DNA of 64,000 nucleotides, from NCBI GenBank assembly GCA_000092065.1, contig CP000601.1; one strand, given 5' to 3'. Positions 16,921 through 28,066 of the stretch are shown piece by piece; positions within the stretch are counted from its first letter, which is position 1, and every line of letters starts with the position of its first letter. The notes below the pieces were generated by a model. It worked only from the letters and a program-made list of their open reading frames with translations, did not search any database and was not told the origin of the DNA. The position numbers were made by a program, and so were the translations under genes. The DNA is from Ostreococcus lucimarinus (Eukaryota).

Positions 16921-17778
16921 ATGTCCGCGCCGTCGTCCGGCGACGCCGCGCCCTCGACGAGCGGACGCGCGGTCTACGACGACGTCCTGCCCACGGCCTC
17001 GCCCTGGGGCGTCGTCGGGCGTCAGGCGGTGCTCGCCGCGGTGGCGGCGTTCAGCAAGTGCGTCCTGGACGTCGCCAACGTCACGACGACGACGAATCTC
17101 GCGACGTTCGAGCGCGCCATCGCGAATCGCGATCGAGCGAACGCGCAGGGATTACTCACGGTGTGCAATCACGTGAGCACGTTCGACGACCCGGGAATGC
17201 TGAGCGCGCTGATCCCGTGGTCGGTCTTCGTCGGCGAGCCGCGGCGCGGGGGCGTGCGGTGGACGCTGTGCACGGATGAGATTTGCGCGAAAACCAAGCT
17301 GCGAGAGAGCTTTTTCTTGTGCGGTAAGGCGCTGGCGATCAAGCGAGGCGGTGGGGTGGAGCAGCCGGCGATGCGAACGGCGGCGAATCTGTTACTGAGA
17401 GGGGATTGGGTGCACTTGTTTCCCGAGGGTCGCGTCAGTCGCGACGGAGAGTTGGGAACGATGCGAAGAGGCGTGGCGAAATTGCTGTGCGACGTCGAGA
17501 TCGCGGGCGGAACGCCGCCGATGGTGCTACCGTTTTGGCACTCCGGCATGTCCGACGTAAAACCGTACGGGCGATGGGAGATTGGCGTGGGTAAGCGCGT
17601 GCACGTTACCGTCGGCGAACCGCTCGATTTGACCGACTTGACGGCCAAGTGCGCGCGCTGCGAGAAGAACGCCAAGGCGCGCGACCATCTGCACGCGCAG
17701 ATCATGCGTCGCGTGGAGACCGCGTTGAAAGATTTAGAAGCCCAAAATAGGCGCGAGCGCGGCGACGCGTCCGCTTGA
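16921..17778 (+). CDS. Tafazzin-like phospholipid/lysophospholipid acyltransferase
   Basis: NHVSTFDDP (acyltransferase HX4D). RWTLCTDEICAK, GDWVHLFPEGRVSRDGE and VLPFWHSGMSDVKP all match tafazzin-family conserved blocks. Confidence 0.7.
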   Translation: MSAPSSGDAAPSTSGRAVYDDVLPTASPWGVVGRQAVLAAVAAFSKCVLDVANVTTTTNLATFERAIANRDRANAQGLLTVCNHVSTFDDPGMLSALIPWSVFVGEPRRGGVRWTLCTDEICAKTKLRESFFLCGKALAIKRGGGVEQPAMRTAANLLLRGDWVHLFPEGRVSRDGELGTMRRGVAKLLCDVEIAGGTPPMVLPFWHSGMSDVKPYGRWEIGVGKRVHVTVGEPLDLTDLTAKCARCEKNAKARDHLHAQIMRRVETALKDLEAQNRRERGDASA

Positions 17779-17837
17779 CCTCGTATTGTAACCGTCCGCG
17801 CGCGTCCCGGGTCAGCCGCAGAGCGCGCCTCGCCGCC

Positions 17838-18455
17838 ATGTCCCACTCCCCGTGGCACCGCCTCAACGCCACGCTCACGCTCGCCGTCGCCATTTTCGCC
17901 GTCCTCGTCGCGTGCGCGTCCGTCACCGATGTCTTTCACGCCTGCGCGCCGACGTCTTCGATGCCGTTCATGTCCCGAAGCCCGATCGTTCGAGTCGTCG
18001 ACTACGAACGCTTCGCGCGCGTCGCCGACAGCCGAGACGAGGCAGTGGTGAGGCTGGAAGTAGACTACGATCTGTCGTCGTGCGCGAGCTGGAACACGAA
18101 GATGGTGTTCGCGCACGTGACGGTGTCGTGGGAGACGGAGACGCGCGGCGTCAACGAGGCGACGATTTGGGACGACGCGGTAAAGTTTGATAGATGGGAA
18201 AGCGCGGAGAGTAAGGCGAAGAAATTGAGGAAACAGGGCGTGATACGGGCGAAGTATAAGCTACGGAGCGTGGACGAGCGGTTGTCCGGACGAGGGATGG
18301 AGGTGAAATTACGGTGGGCGGTGACGCCGCGCGCGGGACGGATTTGGCGAGGCGAAACGTCGACGTCGAATGCGACGTTTCCGGTCGAATATTTGAATGT
18401 AGGTGGAGACGGACAACGCGCGAGGGCGGCGCCGCGGACGCCGGGGATGCCTTGA
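17838..18455 (+). CDS. SPCS3: Signal peptidase complex subunit 3 (SPC22/23)
   Basis: N-terminal TM anchor. SWNTKMVFAHVTVSWETE...ATIWDDAV...KAKYKLRSVD...LRWAVTPRAG follows the SPCS3 pattern WN.KQ.F.Y...N..V.WD.I..-KY-L.W.V.P..G. Start taken at MSHSPWHRLNATLTL. Confidence 0.65.
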   Translation: MSHSPWHRLNATLTLAVAIFAVLVACASVTDVFHACAPTSSMPFMSRSPIVRVVDYERFARVADSRDEAVVRLEVDYDLSSCASWNTKMVFAHVTVSWETETRGVNEATIWDDAVKFDRWESAESKAKKLRKQGVIRAKYKLRSVDERLSGRGMEVKLRWAVTPRAGRIWRGETSTSNATFPVEYLNVGGDGQRARAAPRTPGMP

Positions 18456-18558
18456 TTCGATCAAGAGTTTAGAGATTTGATAATCGTACAGTAGTCGTCG
18501 CGTTTCGTCGAGCGTCTAAGCTGAAGCTATTTACAGTGCGCGCGCTATTCCTACGTTT

Positions 18559-20517
18559 CTACATGTCGATTAAGTTTGGGAGCTCGTCAACGTCTGCCAT
18601 CGTCGCGCCCGTGCGCTTAGACGGCGTCACGGGGGCGAGCGTGTCTCCGGCGTCGTCGAAAGACATCAAGTTCGCCATCATGTTTGCCGCGCCCGAGACT
18701 GATTCGACGCGTGGCGGCGGTGCCGACGCGAGCGTCGGAGCCGGCGTCGGTGCCGATGCGAGCGAGTCGACGATGGGCTCGCTCATCGCCACTGGTTCGT
18801 TCACTTCGACGGCTTCGCGCTCGACCACCGGTGATTGCGTCTGCGGCGGCGCGGGAACCGGCGCCTCTGCGGTCGACGCCTCGGCGAAACTCAAATTCTT
18901 CGCCGTTCCCTCGTCCGTCCACTCCGCCCATTTCGCCTGCAAATCCTCCGAACTCTTTTCTCTGAGTTTTCCTATTGAGTGTGCGAGCTGCGAACGTTTC
19001 GATGCGAACGCCTCGCGCATGCCCTGAATCGTCTTTGACGTCGAGTACGCCTTCTTCGCCTTTCGCATCGTCTCGCGAAGCGCGGAGCTTCCCACGGAGA
19101 ACGCGTGCGACGAAGCGGAGGCGAACTGCTCGGACAACGCTTGACCTCGCATCATTAAATCAGAAAGCGTCAACTCGCCCTCTTCGAGATCGAAATCGAC
19201 GATTTCGTCCCCCATGGGCACGAAGCCGGTTTTCCTCGCCACCTGGGCGCACATGCGCAATCGCTGTCGCACGAAGACTTCGTACATTTGCGTCCCTCGC
19301 ATCGCGGCGAGAATGCCGGCGTGCTTCAAGTTTCCGAGCTCGAGTCCTCGTTGGTCGAGCCATAAACTATCGGCGATGATGGCGTCTCGAGGCGGCGGAT
19401 GCGCGACGACGCCCTTGATGTGCTGCTTGTACGGCCCGAGCACGCTCGAGAAAAACGTTCGAAACACGCGCGCCACCGCTTGCGAGTCTTCACCTCGCGT
19501 GCGCTCGATCTCCCTGAGCAACCCGACGCGAAGGAGCGTGAACGGACCGGACGGAATCGCCTCGAAATCTTCCTCAAAGTACGTGAACGATCCGTCGTCG
19601 AGATTCAACGTAAAGACGTCGTCGCACGGAAGTCGCTTCGCGTCCTCCGACAGACTCGAATGCAAACCGACCAAAAACGGCATCGGCGCCGTCAAATAAT
19701 CCAAAAACGCCTCCGGAACGACGGGTAAAAATATGTGCTGCCAACTCAGCGGATACAGCGCCGCGTTCGCCGCGTGCACCGCCGCGCTCACCGCCTCCAA
19801 CCGCCCGCTCGTCAGCACCACCCGTCGCTCCGTCACCAACGCCGCGAACAGCGCCAGCACCGCCTCCACGTGCCCGCAGTCCAACAGCGCCGTAAATTTT
19901 ATCCCCCCGTTAAACTCCTTCCTCAGATCCGGCGCTCGCAGCCGCACGCTCTGCGTCGCGACGCCCGCGAACTCGGTCCACGGCAGCCCGACGTCCGCCG
20001 TCGTCCCCGCCGTCGGCGCCCGCGTCCCGATCGTTCGATCCAGGTACTCCCACAGCGCGTCCCCCCGCGCGAGTTCCCGCGTCGTCCCGCGCGCCGTCGC
20101 GTCCAGCGCCTCCATCGCGCGCGTCATCGCGTGTCGCAGGACGTCGTCGTGGTACTCGAACCGCGCCGTCCGCGTCAGCGCCGCCGCCGCCCGCCTCGCG
20201 CCGACGCGTCGCACCGCCCCGATCGTCCGCGCGCCGTCCGCGCGCGTCAGGCAAAACGTGAATCGCGTCGTCGTCGTCGCGCCGTCCGTCGTCCGCGCGC
20301 GCGCCGCGGCGCGACGCTCGGGAAACGCGAATCTCCCGTCGACGACGTTCGCGCACATCGCGCGCAGCTCCGCGGCGAGCGCGCCGTCGTCGCCCGCGAG
20401 CGTCGCGAACACCACCGTCGGAGTCCCGTCGTCGTCGTCGATCGCGACGAACGCGGCGCCGGTCGCCGCGTCGGTCGCGCGCGACATTCGCGAAGCGCCG
20501 ACGCGATGCCGCGTCAC
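18559..20517 (-). CDS. DENN-domain protein (Rab GEF-like)
   Basis: Core RVVLTSGRLEAVSAAVHAANAALYPLSWQHIFLPVVPEAFLDYLTAPMPFLVGLH is the canonical DENN block, with flanking uDENN/dDENN-like regions. Confidence 0.6.
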   Translation of the reverse strand: MTRHRVGASRMSRATDAATGAAFVAIDDDDGTPTVVFATLAGDDGALAAELRAMCANVVDGRFAFPERRAAARARTTDGATTTTRFTFCLTRADGARTIGAVRRVGARRAAAALTRTARFEYHDDVLRHAMTRAMEALDATARGTTRELARGDALWEYLDRTIGTRAPTAGTTADVGLPWTEFAGVATQSVRLRAPDLRKEFNGGIKFTALLDCGHVEAVLALFAALVTERRVVLTSGRLEAVSAAVHAANAALYPLSWQHIFLPVVPEAFLDYLTAPMPFLVGLHSSLSEDAKRLPCDDVFTLNLDDGSFTYFEEDFEAIPSGPFTLLRVGLLREIERTRGEDSQAVARVFRTFFSSVLGPYKQHIKGVVAHPPPRDAIIADSLWLDQRGLELGNLKHAGILAAMRGTQMYEVFVRQRLRMCAQVARKTGFVPMGDEIVDFDLEEGELTLSDLMMRGQALSEQFASASSHAFSVGSSALRETMRKAKKAYSTSKTIQGMREAFASKRSQLAHSIGKLREKSSEDLQAKWAEWTDEGTAKNLSFAEASTAEAPVPAPPQTQSPVVEREAVEVNEPVAMSEPIVDSLASAPTPAPTLASAPPPRVESVSGAANMMANLMSFDDAGDTLAPVTPSKRTGATMADVDELPNLIDM

Positions 20518-20645
20518 AATCTGACGCCGCGCGTCGTCGCGCGGCCCCGCGAGCGCGCGCGCGCGCGCGGGATGCTCGAGCGCGACGCGCGTCGCGCGCG
20601 ACGCGCGTCGGCGACGGCGTAGGCGCGAGCGACGCGACGCGCGCG

Positions 20646-20773
20646 ATGGAGAGCGATTTCGGCTGGGACGGCGCGGTCGACGACCGAGACGACGCGCGCG
20701 CGATCGACGACGGCGACGACGACGAAGAAGAAGAAGAAGAATCGTCCGCGCTCGCGAGGTCGCGCGACGCGTT

Positions 20774-20804
<31 letters not shown>

Positions 20805-23024
20805 CGGCGACGGCGACGACGCGCGACGGGACGACGGGCGACGACGGCGGCGACGGCGTTCGAGCGAACCGTCGCGGCGTGGACGGCGAAAGACCTGACG
20901 GCGAACGCGCGGGAGGGCGAGGGCGGGCGGATGGTGGCGGCGCGCGCGACGTACGCGAGCGCGGACGCGTGGTACGCGACGTGCGAGGCGTTGGCGTACG
21001 AGGAGGCGCGGGCGACGACGGCGGCGGCGACGTCGCGAGGACGAGGCGAAGCGTTCGACGCGGAGGTGGTGGAGACGCGCGCGAGCGATGGATTCGTGGA
21101 GCTGAGCGCGCGACGCGTCGGTGGCGAGAAGACGGCGAGGCGCGGAGGCGACGACGCGGATTGGCGTCGACCGGCGACGGTGGTGCTGTTGCGTCGCGCC
21201 GACGACGAGACGCGCTCGGCGCTCGCGCTCGTGCGGGGACGCGGCGACGCGCGGGGCGCGGACGTCGTGCCGCTGTTGGCGAAACGTTCGCGCATTTTCG
21301 ACGACGTCGAGGGCGTCGAGTTTAAAGCCGTCGCGCTGGCGTCGCTCGTCTCGTATCAGCGCATGGCGCACGCGTGCTTCGTGCGACCGCGCGTGGCGTT
21401 TGCGCACCAAATCGTCGGCGCCAAACGCGCGACGCACATAAAATTTAGCGATTCCGACGAAGACGACGACGAGCGAGTCGACGGGAAAAGTGGTGTCGAG
21501 GGTGATGATGAATCCTCGTGCGACGAGCGCGAGGGCGAGTACGTTTTACCGCTGAATGCGTCGCAGCGACGGGCGTTGCGTCGATTCTTCGCGCGCGACG
21601 GGCATTTCGATCAGTTACAAATGGTTCAAGGACCGCCGGGATGTGGGAAGACGCACTTCATCGTATCGCTCCTCGCGGTGCTCGCGGCGAAGAAACAGCG
21701 CGTACTCGTGTGCGCGCCGAGCAACAAGGCTGTGTGCGTCGTGATGGAACTTTACCTGCGAACGTGCGGCGAAGACGCCGCGCCGTGCGTGCTCACGGGC
21801 GCCGAGGATACGTTGCGAGAGGCGTCGTCGGTCGACGGCGGGGCGATGGATTATTTCATTTTCGAACGTTGCAACGTCATCGCGTCGTCTTTTCGACGAT
21901 CTTTCGTTTCGGGAGGCGACGGCATTCGCGAGAGCGCGAAAGCCGCGCGGCGAGCTCTGGAATCCATAGCGCCTTCGTTTTGCAAGGGCGTCGTCGCCGA
22001 AGGTCTCTCCGCCGTCGCCGCGATGGACGACGAAGCGTCCATGCGCGCTCGAGGTGAGGAGATCGCGCGAGAAATCGAAAAGGGCTCGGGGCGCGGTGAG
22101 CGTTCGGATGAATTCGCGCGCGAAGCTTTGAATCGCGCGAGCTTGGTGTTCTGCACGCTCGCGAGCGCAGGCCAGTCGATCATGTCTTCGCTCGAGCAGC
22201 CCGACGCCCTCGTCGTGGACGAAGCCGCGCAGGCGCTCGAGCCGGAGATTGCGATTCCATTTTTGCGGTATCCAAGAAAAGCACTGCTCGTGGGCGATCC
22301 TGCGCAGTTGCCAGCCACGTTGATCTCGGAAATCGCTCGACGTCACGGCCACGCGACTTCGCTCATGGAACGATTGATGTCCGCGAACGCCGAGCGCGCG
22401 AGTTTGCTCGACACGCAATACCGAATGCATCCGTCGATCGCGAGTTGGCCTGCAGCGCAATTTTACGGTGGACGCCTCGCGAACGCCGATCACGTGTTGA
22501 CGCGAAATCTCCCGCAAGGTCTTTCATCCAGCGTGCCGTCGTACGCCTTCGTGGACGTGGCGAGCGTCGAGAGTGGCGGAGTGGGAAAATCGAAGTGGAA
22601 CCAGCGCGAGGCCGACGTCGCGTGTGCGCTGATTCGAGCGTTGAAAACCAAGTCTCCGACGCTTTTCGTCGTGTGCATTACGTTTTACAGCGCGCAAGTT
22701 CGTGCCATCGCTCGAGCTTTGCAACGAGCAGGCGTTCGCGATGTGGCGGTGCACAGCGTCGATTCGTTTCAAGGAAGCGAGGCGGACGTCGTCGTGTGTT
22801 CCGCCGTGCGAAGCAACGCAAAGGCGAACGTGGGATTTTTATCCGATAAACGTCGTCTCAACGTCGCGCTGACGCGCGCAAAATATTCCTCAATTGTCCT
22901 CGGGTCGCGCGATACGTTGTCTCGATGCGGCGTCGACGCGTTGCGTTCGCTCGTCGAAGACGCCGCGGCGCGCGACGTCATCGTCTCCGAGCATGACATC
23001 GTGCGTAGAATTATTAGAAATTAG
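20646..23024 (+). CDS. Superfamily-1 (UPF1/Sen1-like) DNA/RNA helicase with acidic N-terminus
   Basis: Walker A VQGPPGCGKTHFIV. Motif II VVDEAAQALE. LVGDPAQLPATLIS, DTQYRMHPSIASWPAAQFYGG and VDSFQGSEADVVVCSAVRS match the AAA_11/AAA_12 helicase architecture. Confidence 0.75.
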
Positions 23025-23088
23025 CTACAGTAGTCGATGTAGTCGATGTAGAAGTACTAGGCTATCGCAGCGCCGACGTGTCGAAATC

Positions 23089-24039
23089 TCACGCCAACCC
23101 TTGGCTCTTCAAACGCTGGATGAACAAATTAATCGGCGACAGGAGCTGCTGCGGATCCTCCATCGTCGCCACGGTGCCGCAGCCCTCGATCTCGATCCAG
23201 CTCGTCTTGCTCGCCTTCATCAACGAATTCATCACGATCGTGTCCTTGTACCAAGGGCTGCTCGTTCCCGCCAAAATCATCGCGTCTATGTCTAACGACG
23301 CGTACACGTGCTCGTTATCCAATCGATGCAACGCCGCGTCGTAATACGCCAACGTCGCCTCCGGGTTCATCTCTCGCATCTCCCTTCGCGCCGTCTGCGC
23401 CAGATCGCTCTCGTACATCCCATTCGACCCACCAAGTCCGCGATAACTAAACATTCGCTTCAGCAAGTGTTTCAACGTCCACGGCGTCCATCCGTGACGC
23501 TTCAAATTAAACTTGCAAACCGCCCCCAACGCGTGCTCCATCGTCCTCGCTCGTCCGCAACTCGGCGACACGAATATTCCCGCCCGACACGCGCTCGAGT
23601 GTCGTCCCGCGTACAGCGCCATCACCGTCGCTCCCGCGCCGACCCCCAAGCACGTCACATCGCGCAATCCAAAGTGTTTCACGACGTCCTCGACGATCTC
23701 CGCGTGCGCGTCCAGCGTCGTCGCCGTCGTCGCCGCGTCCCCGTCCCCGCCTCGATCTCGCCCCCGCGCGCCGTCCTGGCACCCCGGGGCGTCGATGTGA
23801 TACGCGCAGAACCTGCTGACGAGGTCGCTCCGCGGTCCCGCGCACACGAACAGCGGCTGGAAGCACGTGCGGTGGTTTAAACCGACGTCGTGGTAGGTGA
23901 CGAGCGCGGGTCTCGAGCGATCGGCGCCCTGCGCGGTGACGGTGACGGGGCCGTGGCGCGTCGGCACGACGTGCGCGACGCCCGAGACGTCGAAGGACGC
24001 CGCGGGTAACAGATCGAGCCCGTCCTCGGGGAGCGACAT
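23089..24039 (-). CDS. NDRG-family alpha/beta-hydrolase-fold protein
   Basis: PALVTYHDVGLNHRTCFQPLF and YHIDAPGCQDGA match the NDRG N-terminal signature; the full-length hydrolase fold is present. Confidence 0.7.
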   Translation of the reverse strand: MSLPEDGLDLLPAASFDVSGVAHVVPTRHGPVTVTAQGADRSRPALVTYHDVGLNHRTCFQPLFVCAGPRSDLVSRFCAYHIDAPGCQDGARGRDRGGDGDAATTATTLDAHAEIVEDVVKHFGLRDVTCLGVGAGATVMALYAGRHSSACRAGIFVSPSCGRARTMEHALGAVCKFNLKRHGWTPWTLKHLLKRMFSYRGLGGSNGMYESDLAQTARREMREMNPEATLAYYDAALHRLDNEHVYASLDIDAMILAGTSSPWYKDTIVMNSLMKASKTSWIEIEGCGTVATMEDPQQLLSPINLFIQRLKSQGLA

Positions 24040-24142
24040 GACGGGACGGCGCGCGACACGCGCGACGACGAGTGCGGCGCCGGCGGCGCGGCGAACGCGA
24101 AGGCGACGCGCGAAGCGCGCGGAATTCTCACGCGAGTTCTCA

Positions 24143-24771
24143 CGCGAAGCGCGCGTTGGCGTTCAACGCCAACCCGAGCTTAAAATCTAAATCGTCTCCC
24201 GGATCGACGAGCGCGCCGCGGACGAGCGCGGCGTGGCGTTGACGCATCTCGCCCAGGAGCGCTCGACTCTCGAGCGAGAAATCGTCCGCGGAATCGAAGG
24301 GTTCGTCTGCGAACACCATGTCCTTCAAAACCTCCCGCGGCGACTTGGCGCACCCGAGGCGAGCGTCCGCGAACACGCATCCCCACGGATCGCCGTCGCG
24401 GTCGGCGTCCTTCGCGAGGACGATTTCGAGCGCGTCCGACGCGACGCTCCACGCCGTCTCGTCCGCCTTGACTCGCCGCGCGAGCGCGCCGGATAATCCC
24501 TCGACGACGCCGTGCCACGACGTCCACACCGTCAGCGCGCCGTCGTCGACCGTCACGCGCACGTCCCGCCCGCGCGTGTTCGCGGGCAGTTCGACGGTGA
24601 TCTCCACCGTCGACGTCGTTTGATTCCACAACGCAATCTCCGTCCAGCACCTCGAAGAACCGCGACACGCGGACGACCACGCGCGACGCGCGCGCGCCGA
24701 GTCGGCGTCGCCGTCGGCGCGCGCGACGCATCCGTCGCTGTCGTACCCATCGTCGGCGTCGCCGGCGCCCA
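24143..24771 (-). CDS. CS-domain (p23/NudC/Sgt1-type) protein
   Basis: WNQTTSTVEITVELPANTRGRDVRVTVDDGALTV...ETAWSVASDALEIVLAK is a CS/HSP20-like beta-sandwich. Start set at MGAGDADDGYDSD; the ORF is open to about 25057 as an Arg-rich extension. Confidence 0.5.
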
Positions 24772-25149
24772 TCGTCGCGCGCGTCGCCGTGTGACGCGTT
24801 TTCCGTCGACGTGCGTTTCGCGCTCGAGTAAAATAAAAACGGTCCGTCGCGCGCGCCGCCGTCGGCCTTCGACGCGCGTCGCGTCGCGCGCGCGTCGCGT
24901 CGCGCGCGCGGGGGCGTCGAAAACGAAGCGATCCATCGTTTTCGGCGCGTCGCGTCGCCCGTCGTCGCGCGCGTCGCGTCGCGACGCGCGCGTGCCGGCG
25001 CCGAATCGGCAAAAAAAAACGGTTTAGGTCGCGCGACGGACGGCGCGCGGCGCGCACACCGCGTCGCTTCGCGCGGCGTCGCGCGACGCTCGACGCCTCG
25101 GCGCGCGCGCGAGCGAAGGAACCGGACGACGACGCGCGCGGTCGACGCG

Positions 25150-26958
25150 ATGACGGCGTCCGGCGCGTCGGCCGCGGCGCGCGCGACGCGCGCGGACGTC
25201 GAAACGATCGGCGCCGAGGTCTTTCGAGACGCCGTCGACGACGGTTTGCACGACGCGGTGTGCGCGTGGGTCGCGGAAGAGCTCGAGCGAGGACGGCGAG
25301 GGGAGCTTGAGGGTAAGACGCACGCGCCGGTGCCGCCGAAGTGGGCGCGAAGGGATCAGTCGAGGGAGATGCTGCAGTACGGGACGTACACGCACAGTAA
25401 CCGAGTGGACGCGGAGACGCGCGTAGCGGCGATGCCGGCGATGTTTGAAGACGTGCTGGACGCGCTGGTGGCGAGAGGGGTGATCGGGAAGGATGAAAAG
25501 ATGGATTCGTGCACGGTGAACGTGTACGGGAAGGGACAGTGGATACCGCCGCACATCGATAATCCGACGTTCGCGCGGCCGTTTGTGACGGTTTCGTTGG
25601 CGAGCGCGCAGACGATGACGATGGGGCGAGGGATGCTGTGGCCGAGTGGGGACGAAAAACCGGATCCGGGGGTCGTTTATGAGGGGGAGGAGTTCAGGGT
25701 GGTGCTTCCGGCGAAATCGGCGGTGCGCATGGAGGGAAGGGCGGCGGACGAGTACGAGCACGCGATTCCGCCCGTGAGCGAGGATAGGATTTCGCTCACG
25801 TTTAGACGACGAATGGCGGCGAATACCGAAGGCGACGCGATCGCGGCGCAGATGGCGATGACGGAGCAGTTTCGAGCGATGTATAGGGAAAAGCGCGCGG
25901 TCGGTCGAGACGATTCGTTGAAGGAACCCAAGGAAGTTTCCGAGGAGCAGAGACGACGCGAGAGCATCGCCGCCGAGAGGGCGGCGATCAAGGCGGCGCG
26001 AGAGGAGCGTAAGAAGGCGAAACAGTTGCGCAAGGAAGGTAAGCGGTCGGATGCGCTCGAAATGGAAGAGGCGACGAGGAAGAATCCGTCGCCGTCCGTA
26101 AAAACGAGCGTGTCGAACGCAGGGACGACGGCGACAGAGTTGGTGAAGAAGCCGCCCAAGCGAGCGTGCGCCGTGGTGCCAGAAAATTTCATAGACGCCG
26201 CGGAAAAGGTGACAGCGATGCCCGAAGTCGAGCGCGAGCACGTGCAGAAGGTGTACGATATCGTCGCGCAGCAATGGCACGGCACGAGGTATCGCGCGTG
26301 GACCGGGGTGGAGGCTTTCGTTAGGAAACAGCCGCCCGGTTTGCTCGCCGCGGACGTCGGATGCGGCAACGGTAAGAACATTCCCGAAATCGTCAAGGGC
26401 GGTGGTTTCGCGCTCGGAAGCGACTTTAGCAGAGGCTTGATTGAAATCTGTCGCGATAGCGGATACGAGGTAATGGTGGCCGACGCCGTTATTTTGCCGT
26501 ATCGATCCGACGTGTTCGACTACGCGCTCAACATCGCCGTGTTGCATCACATATCGTCTCCCGAACGTCGCGTGGAGCTCGTAAAGGAAACGATGCGCAT
26601 CGTCAAGGTTGGTGGTGTCGCATTATTCTACGCCTGGGCGCTCGAGCAAGAGCAAGGGGGGGTTTCTGGTCACCAATTTGAAGGCCAAGACGTCTTGGTG
26701 CCGTTTCATAACAAGATCAAAGTCAAGGGCGTCGCGCCCGAGGACGAGCGAGAGCGCCAATCGCGCGTGAGCGGCGCGCCCACGCACGGTGAGGCCGATC
26801 GCGAGAAACGATCGGTTGTGTATCAGCGATATTGTCACGTGTACACCGAGGGTGAGCTTCCAAAGCTGTTTGAAAACCTTCCTTGGTGCGAGGTCACGGC
26901 GGCGTATTACGATCACGGCAACTGGTGCGTCGAGGTTTTGAAGACGTCTCGTCCTTAG
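25150..26958 (+). CDS. AlkB-like 2OG/Fe(II) oxygenase fused to a SAM-dependent methyltransferase (ALKBH8/Trm9-like)
   Basis: Oxygenase core GQWIPPHIDNP...EHAIPP (HxD...H). Coiled Lys/Arg/Glu linker. Methyltransferase motif I VGCGNGKN and downstream DVFDYALNIAVLHHI...GGVALFYAW. Confidence 0.7.
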   Translation: MTASGASAAARATRADVETIGAEVFRDAVDDGLHDAVCAWVAEELERGRRGELEGKTHAPVPPKWARRDQSREMLQYGTYTHSNRVDAETRVAAMPAMFEDVLDALVARGVIGKDEKMDSCTVNVYGKGQWIPPHIDNPTFARPFVTVSLASAQTMTMGRGMLWPSGDEKPDPGVVYEGEEFRVVLPAKSAVRMEGRAADEYEHAIPPVSEDRISLTFRRRMAANTEGDAIAAQMAMTEQFRAMYREKRAVGRDDSLKEPKEVSEEQRRRESIAAERAAIKAAREERKKAKQLRKEGKRSDALEMEEATRKNPSPSVKTSVSNAGTTATELVKKPPKRACAVVPENFIDAAEKVTAMPEVEREHVQKVYDIVAQQWHGTRYRAWTGVEAFVRKQPPGLLAADVGCGNGKNIPEIVKGGGFALGSDFSRGLIEICRDSGYEVMVADAVILPYRSDVFDYALNIAVLHHISSPERRVELVKETMRIVKVGGVALFYAWALEQEQGGVSGHQFEGQDVLVPFHNKIKVKGVAPEDERERQSRVSGAPTHGEADREKRSVVYQRYCHVYTEGELPKLFENLPWCEVTAAYYDHGNWCVEVLKTSRP

Positions 26959-27014
26959 ATGTCGTACGCGTCACCTTACAAAACTACTACTCGTACCGCG
27001 GATTGTCATCGTCA

Positions 27015-27992
27015 TCATCTGTACTCTATTCTCACCGCCTTGCGCGTTTTGTGCACCTCGTGCCTGGCCTGCTTAATTCTCCTTCGCGCGTCCTTGTAAA
27101 TTTCGTTCGCCTCCTTCCACGCCTTTTTCGCCTCGTCGAGCTCGGCTTTGGCGTTCGCGTACCGCGCGTTATTCTCCACCTGCGACAGCCTTCTCGGTCG
27201 CACGACGGAATCATCCATCATCGCCTTCATCGCGTTCCAATTCCCATCGTCGCGCACGTACCGCGCGCTCGCGTCGTCCCCGTCCACCTCCGTCACGACG
27301 GCGTCGAACGCCTCGCGCACCCGCGCCCACTCCTCAAACGTCAACGTCGCCCCCGCGTACTCCAAGTATCCGTTCACGTTCCCGCACGCCATGCGCCACT
27401 TCTCCGGTATCCCATTCACGCCGTCACCGTCACCGTCACCGTCACCGTCACCGCGCGCCTCGGACGTCGTCGCGTCGTCCGCCGCCTCGCGCGTCTCGAA
27501 CGCCTCCGTCGCCTCGATCGCCTCGTGCGCGAATCGCCGCGCGAGCGCCGTCGCCTCCGCCTCGCACTTTCCCACCTCCCTCGCCACCGCTCGCGCCGCC
27601 GCCGACCCATCCTCCGCCTCCAGCGACGCTCGCACGCGTCCCAGTCGCCCGCCGACGCGCGCGCTCCACCGTTCACAAATCTTCGCGACGCACGCCGTCT
27701 CGCCGCGCGTCGCGCGCCGACGCCGAATCGCGCCGACGTAGCACATCGCCGTCATCGCCTCCGCGTCGATCGCGCGTCGGCTTTCGCGCAGGAGCTCGAA
27801 CGCGCGCGTCGCGCGCGGCGTCGCGCGCGCGAACGCGTCGAGCGCGTCGCGGTCGTCGGCGCTCGAGCGCGTCGCGGTCGCGTCGGCGCGCGCGGCGCGG
27901 CGGCGGCGAATCGGCGCCGGTCGACGGCGCGCGACGGCGCGCGCGGGCGCGCTCGAGCGCGCGGGCGAGCGCGCGCGGGCGGCGGCGCGCAT
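27015..27992 (-). CDS. hypothetical protein with (GD)n repeat
   Basis: Minus-strand ORF has a protein-like C-terminal half (LTFEEWARVREAFDAVVTEVDGDD...NWNAMKAMMDDSVV...YANAKAELDEAKKAWKEANEIYKD). The overlapping plus-strand ORF 26883-28070 is Arg-rich garbage. No family recognised and the true start is uncertain. Confidence 0.3.
   Translation of the reverse strand: MRAAARARSPARSSAPARAVARRRPAPIRRRRAARADATATRSSADDRDALDAFARATPRATRAFELLRESRRAIDAEAMTAMCYVGAIRRRRATRGETACVAKICERWSARVGGRLGRVRASLEAEDGSAAARAVAREVGKCEAEATALARRFAHEAIEATEAFETREAADDATTSEARGDGDGDGDGDGVNGIPEKWRMACGNVNGYLEYAGATLTFEEWARVREAFDAVVTEVDGDDASARYVRDDGNWNAMKAMMDDSVVRPRRLSQVENNARYANAKAELDEAKKAWKEANEIYKDARRRIKQARHEVHKTRKAVRIEYR
27423..27452. 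repeat. (GTCACC)5 microsatellite
   Basis: Perfect hexamer repeat coding (GD)n in the minus-strand ORF. Confidence 0.9.
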
Positions 27993-28066
27993 GCGTCGAC
28001 GCGCGGGCGCGCCCGACGGCGCGCGCGCGGCAGAGCGCGACGCGGTGTGCGGCGAAAGGATTCGTC

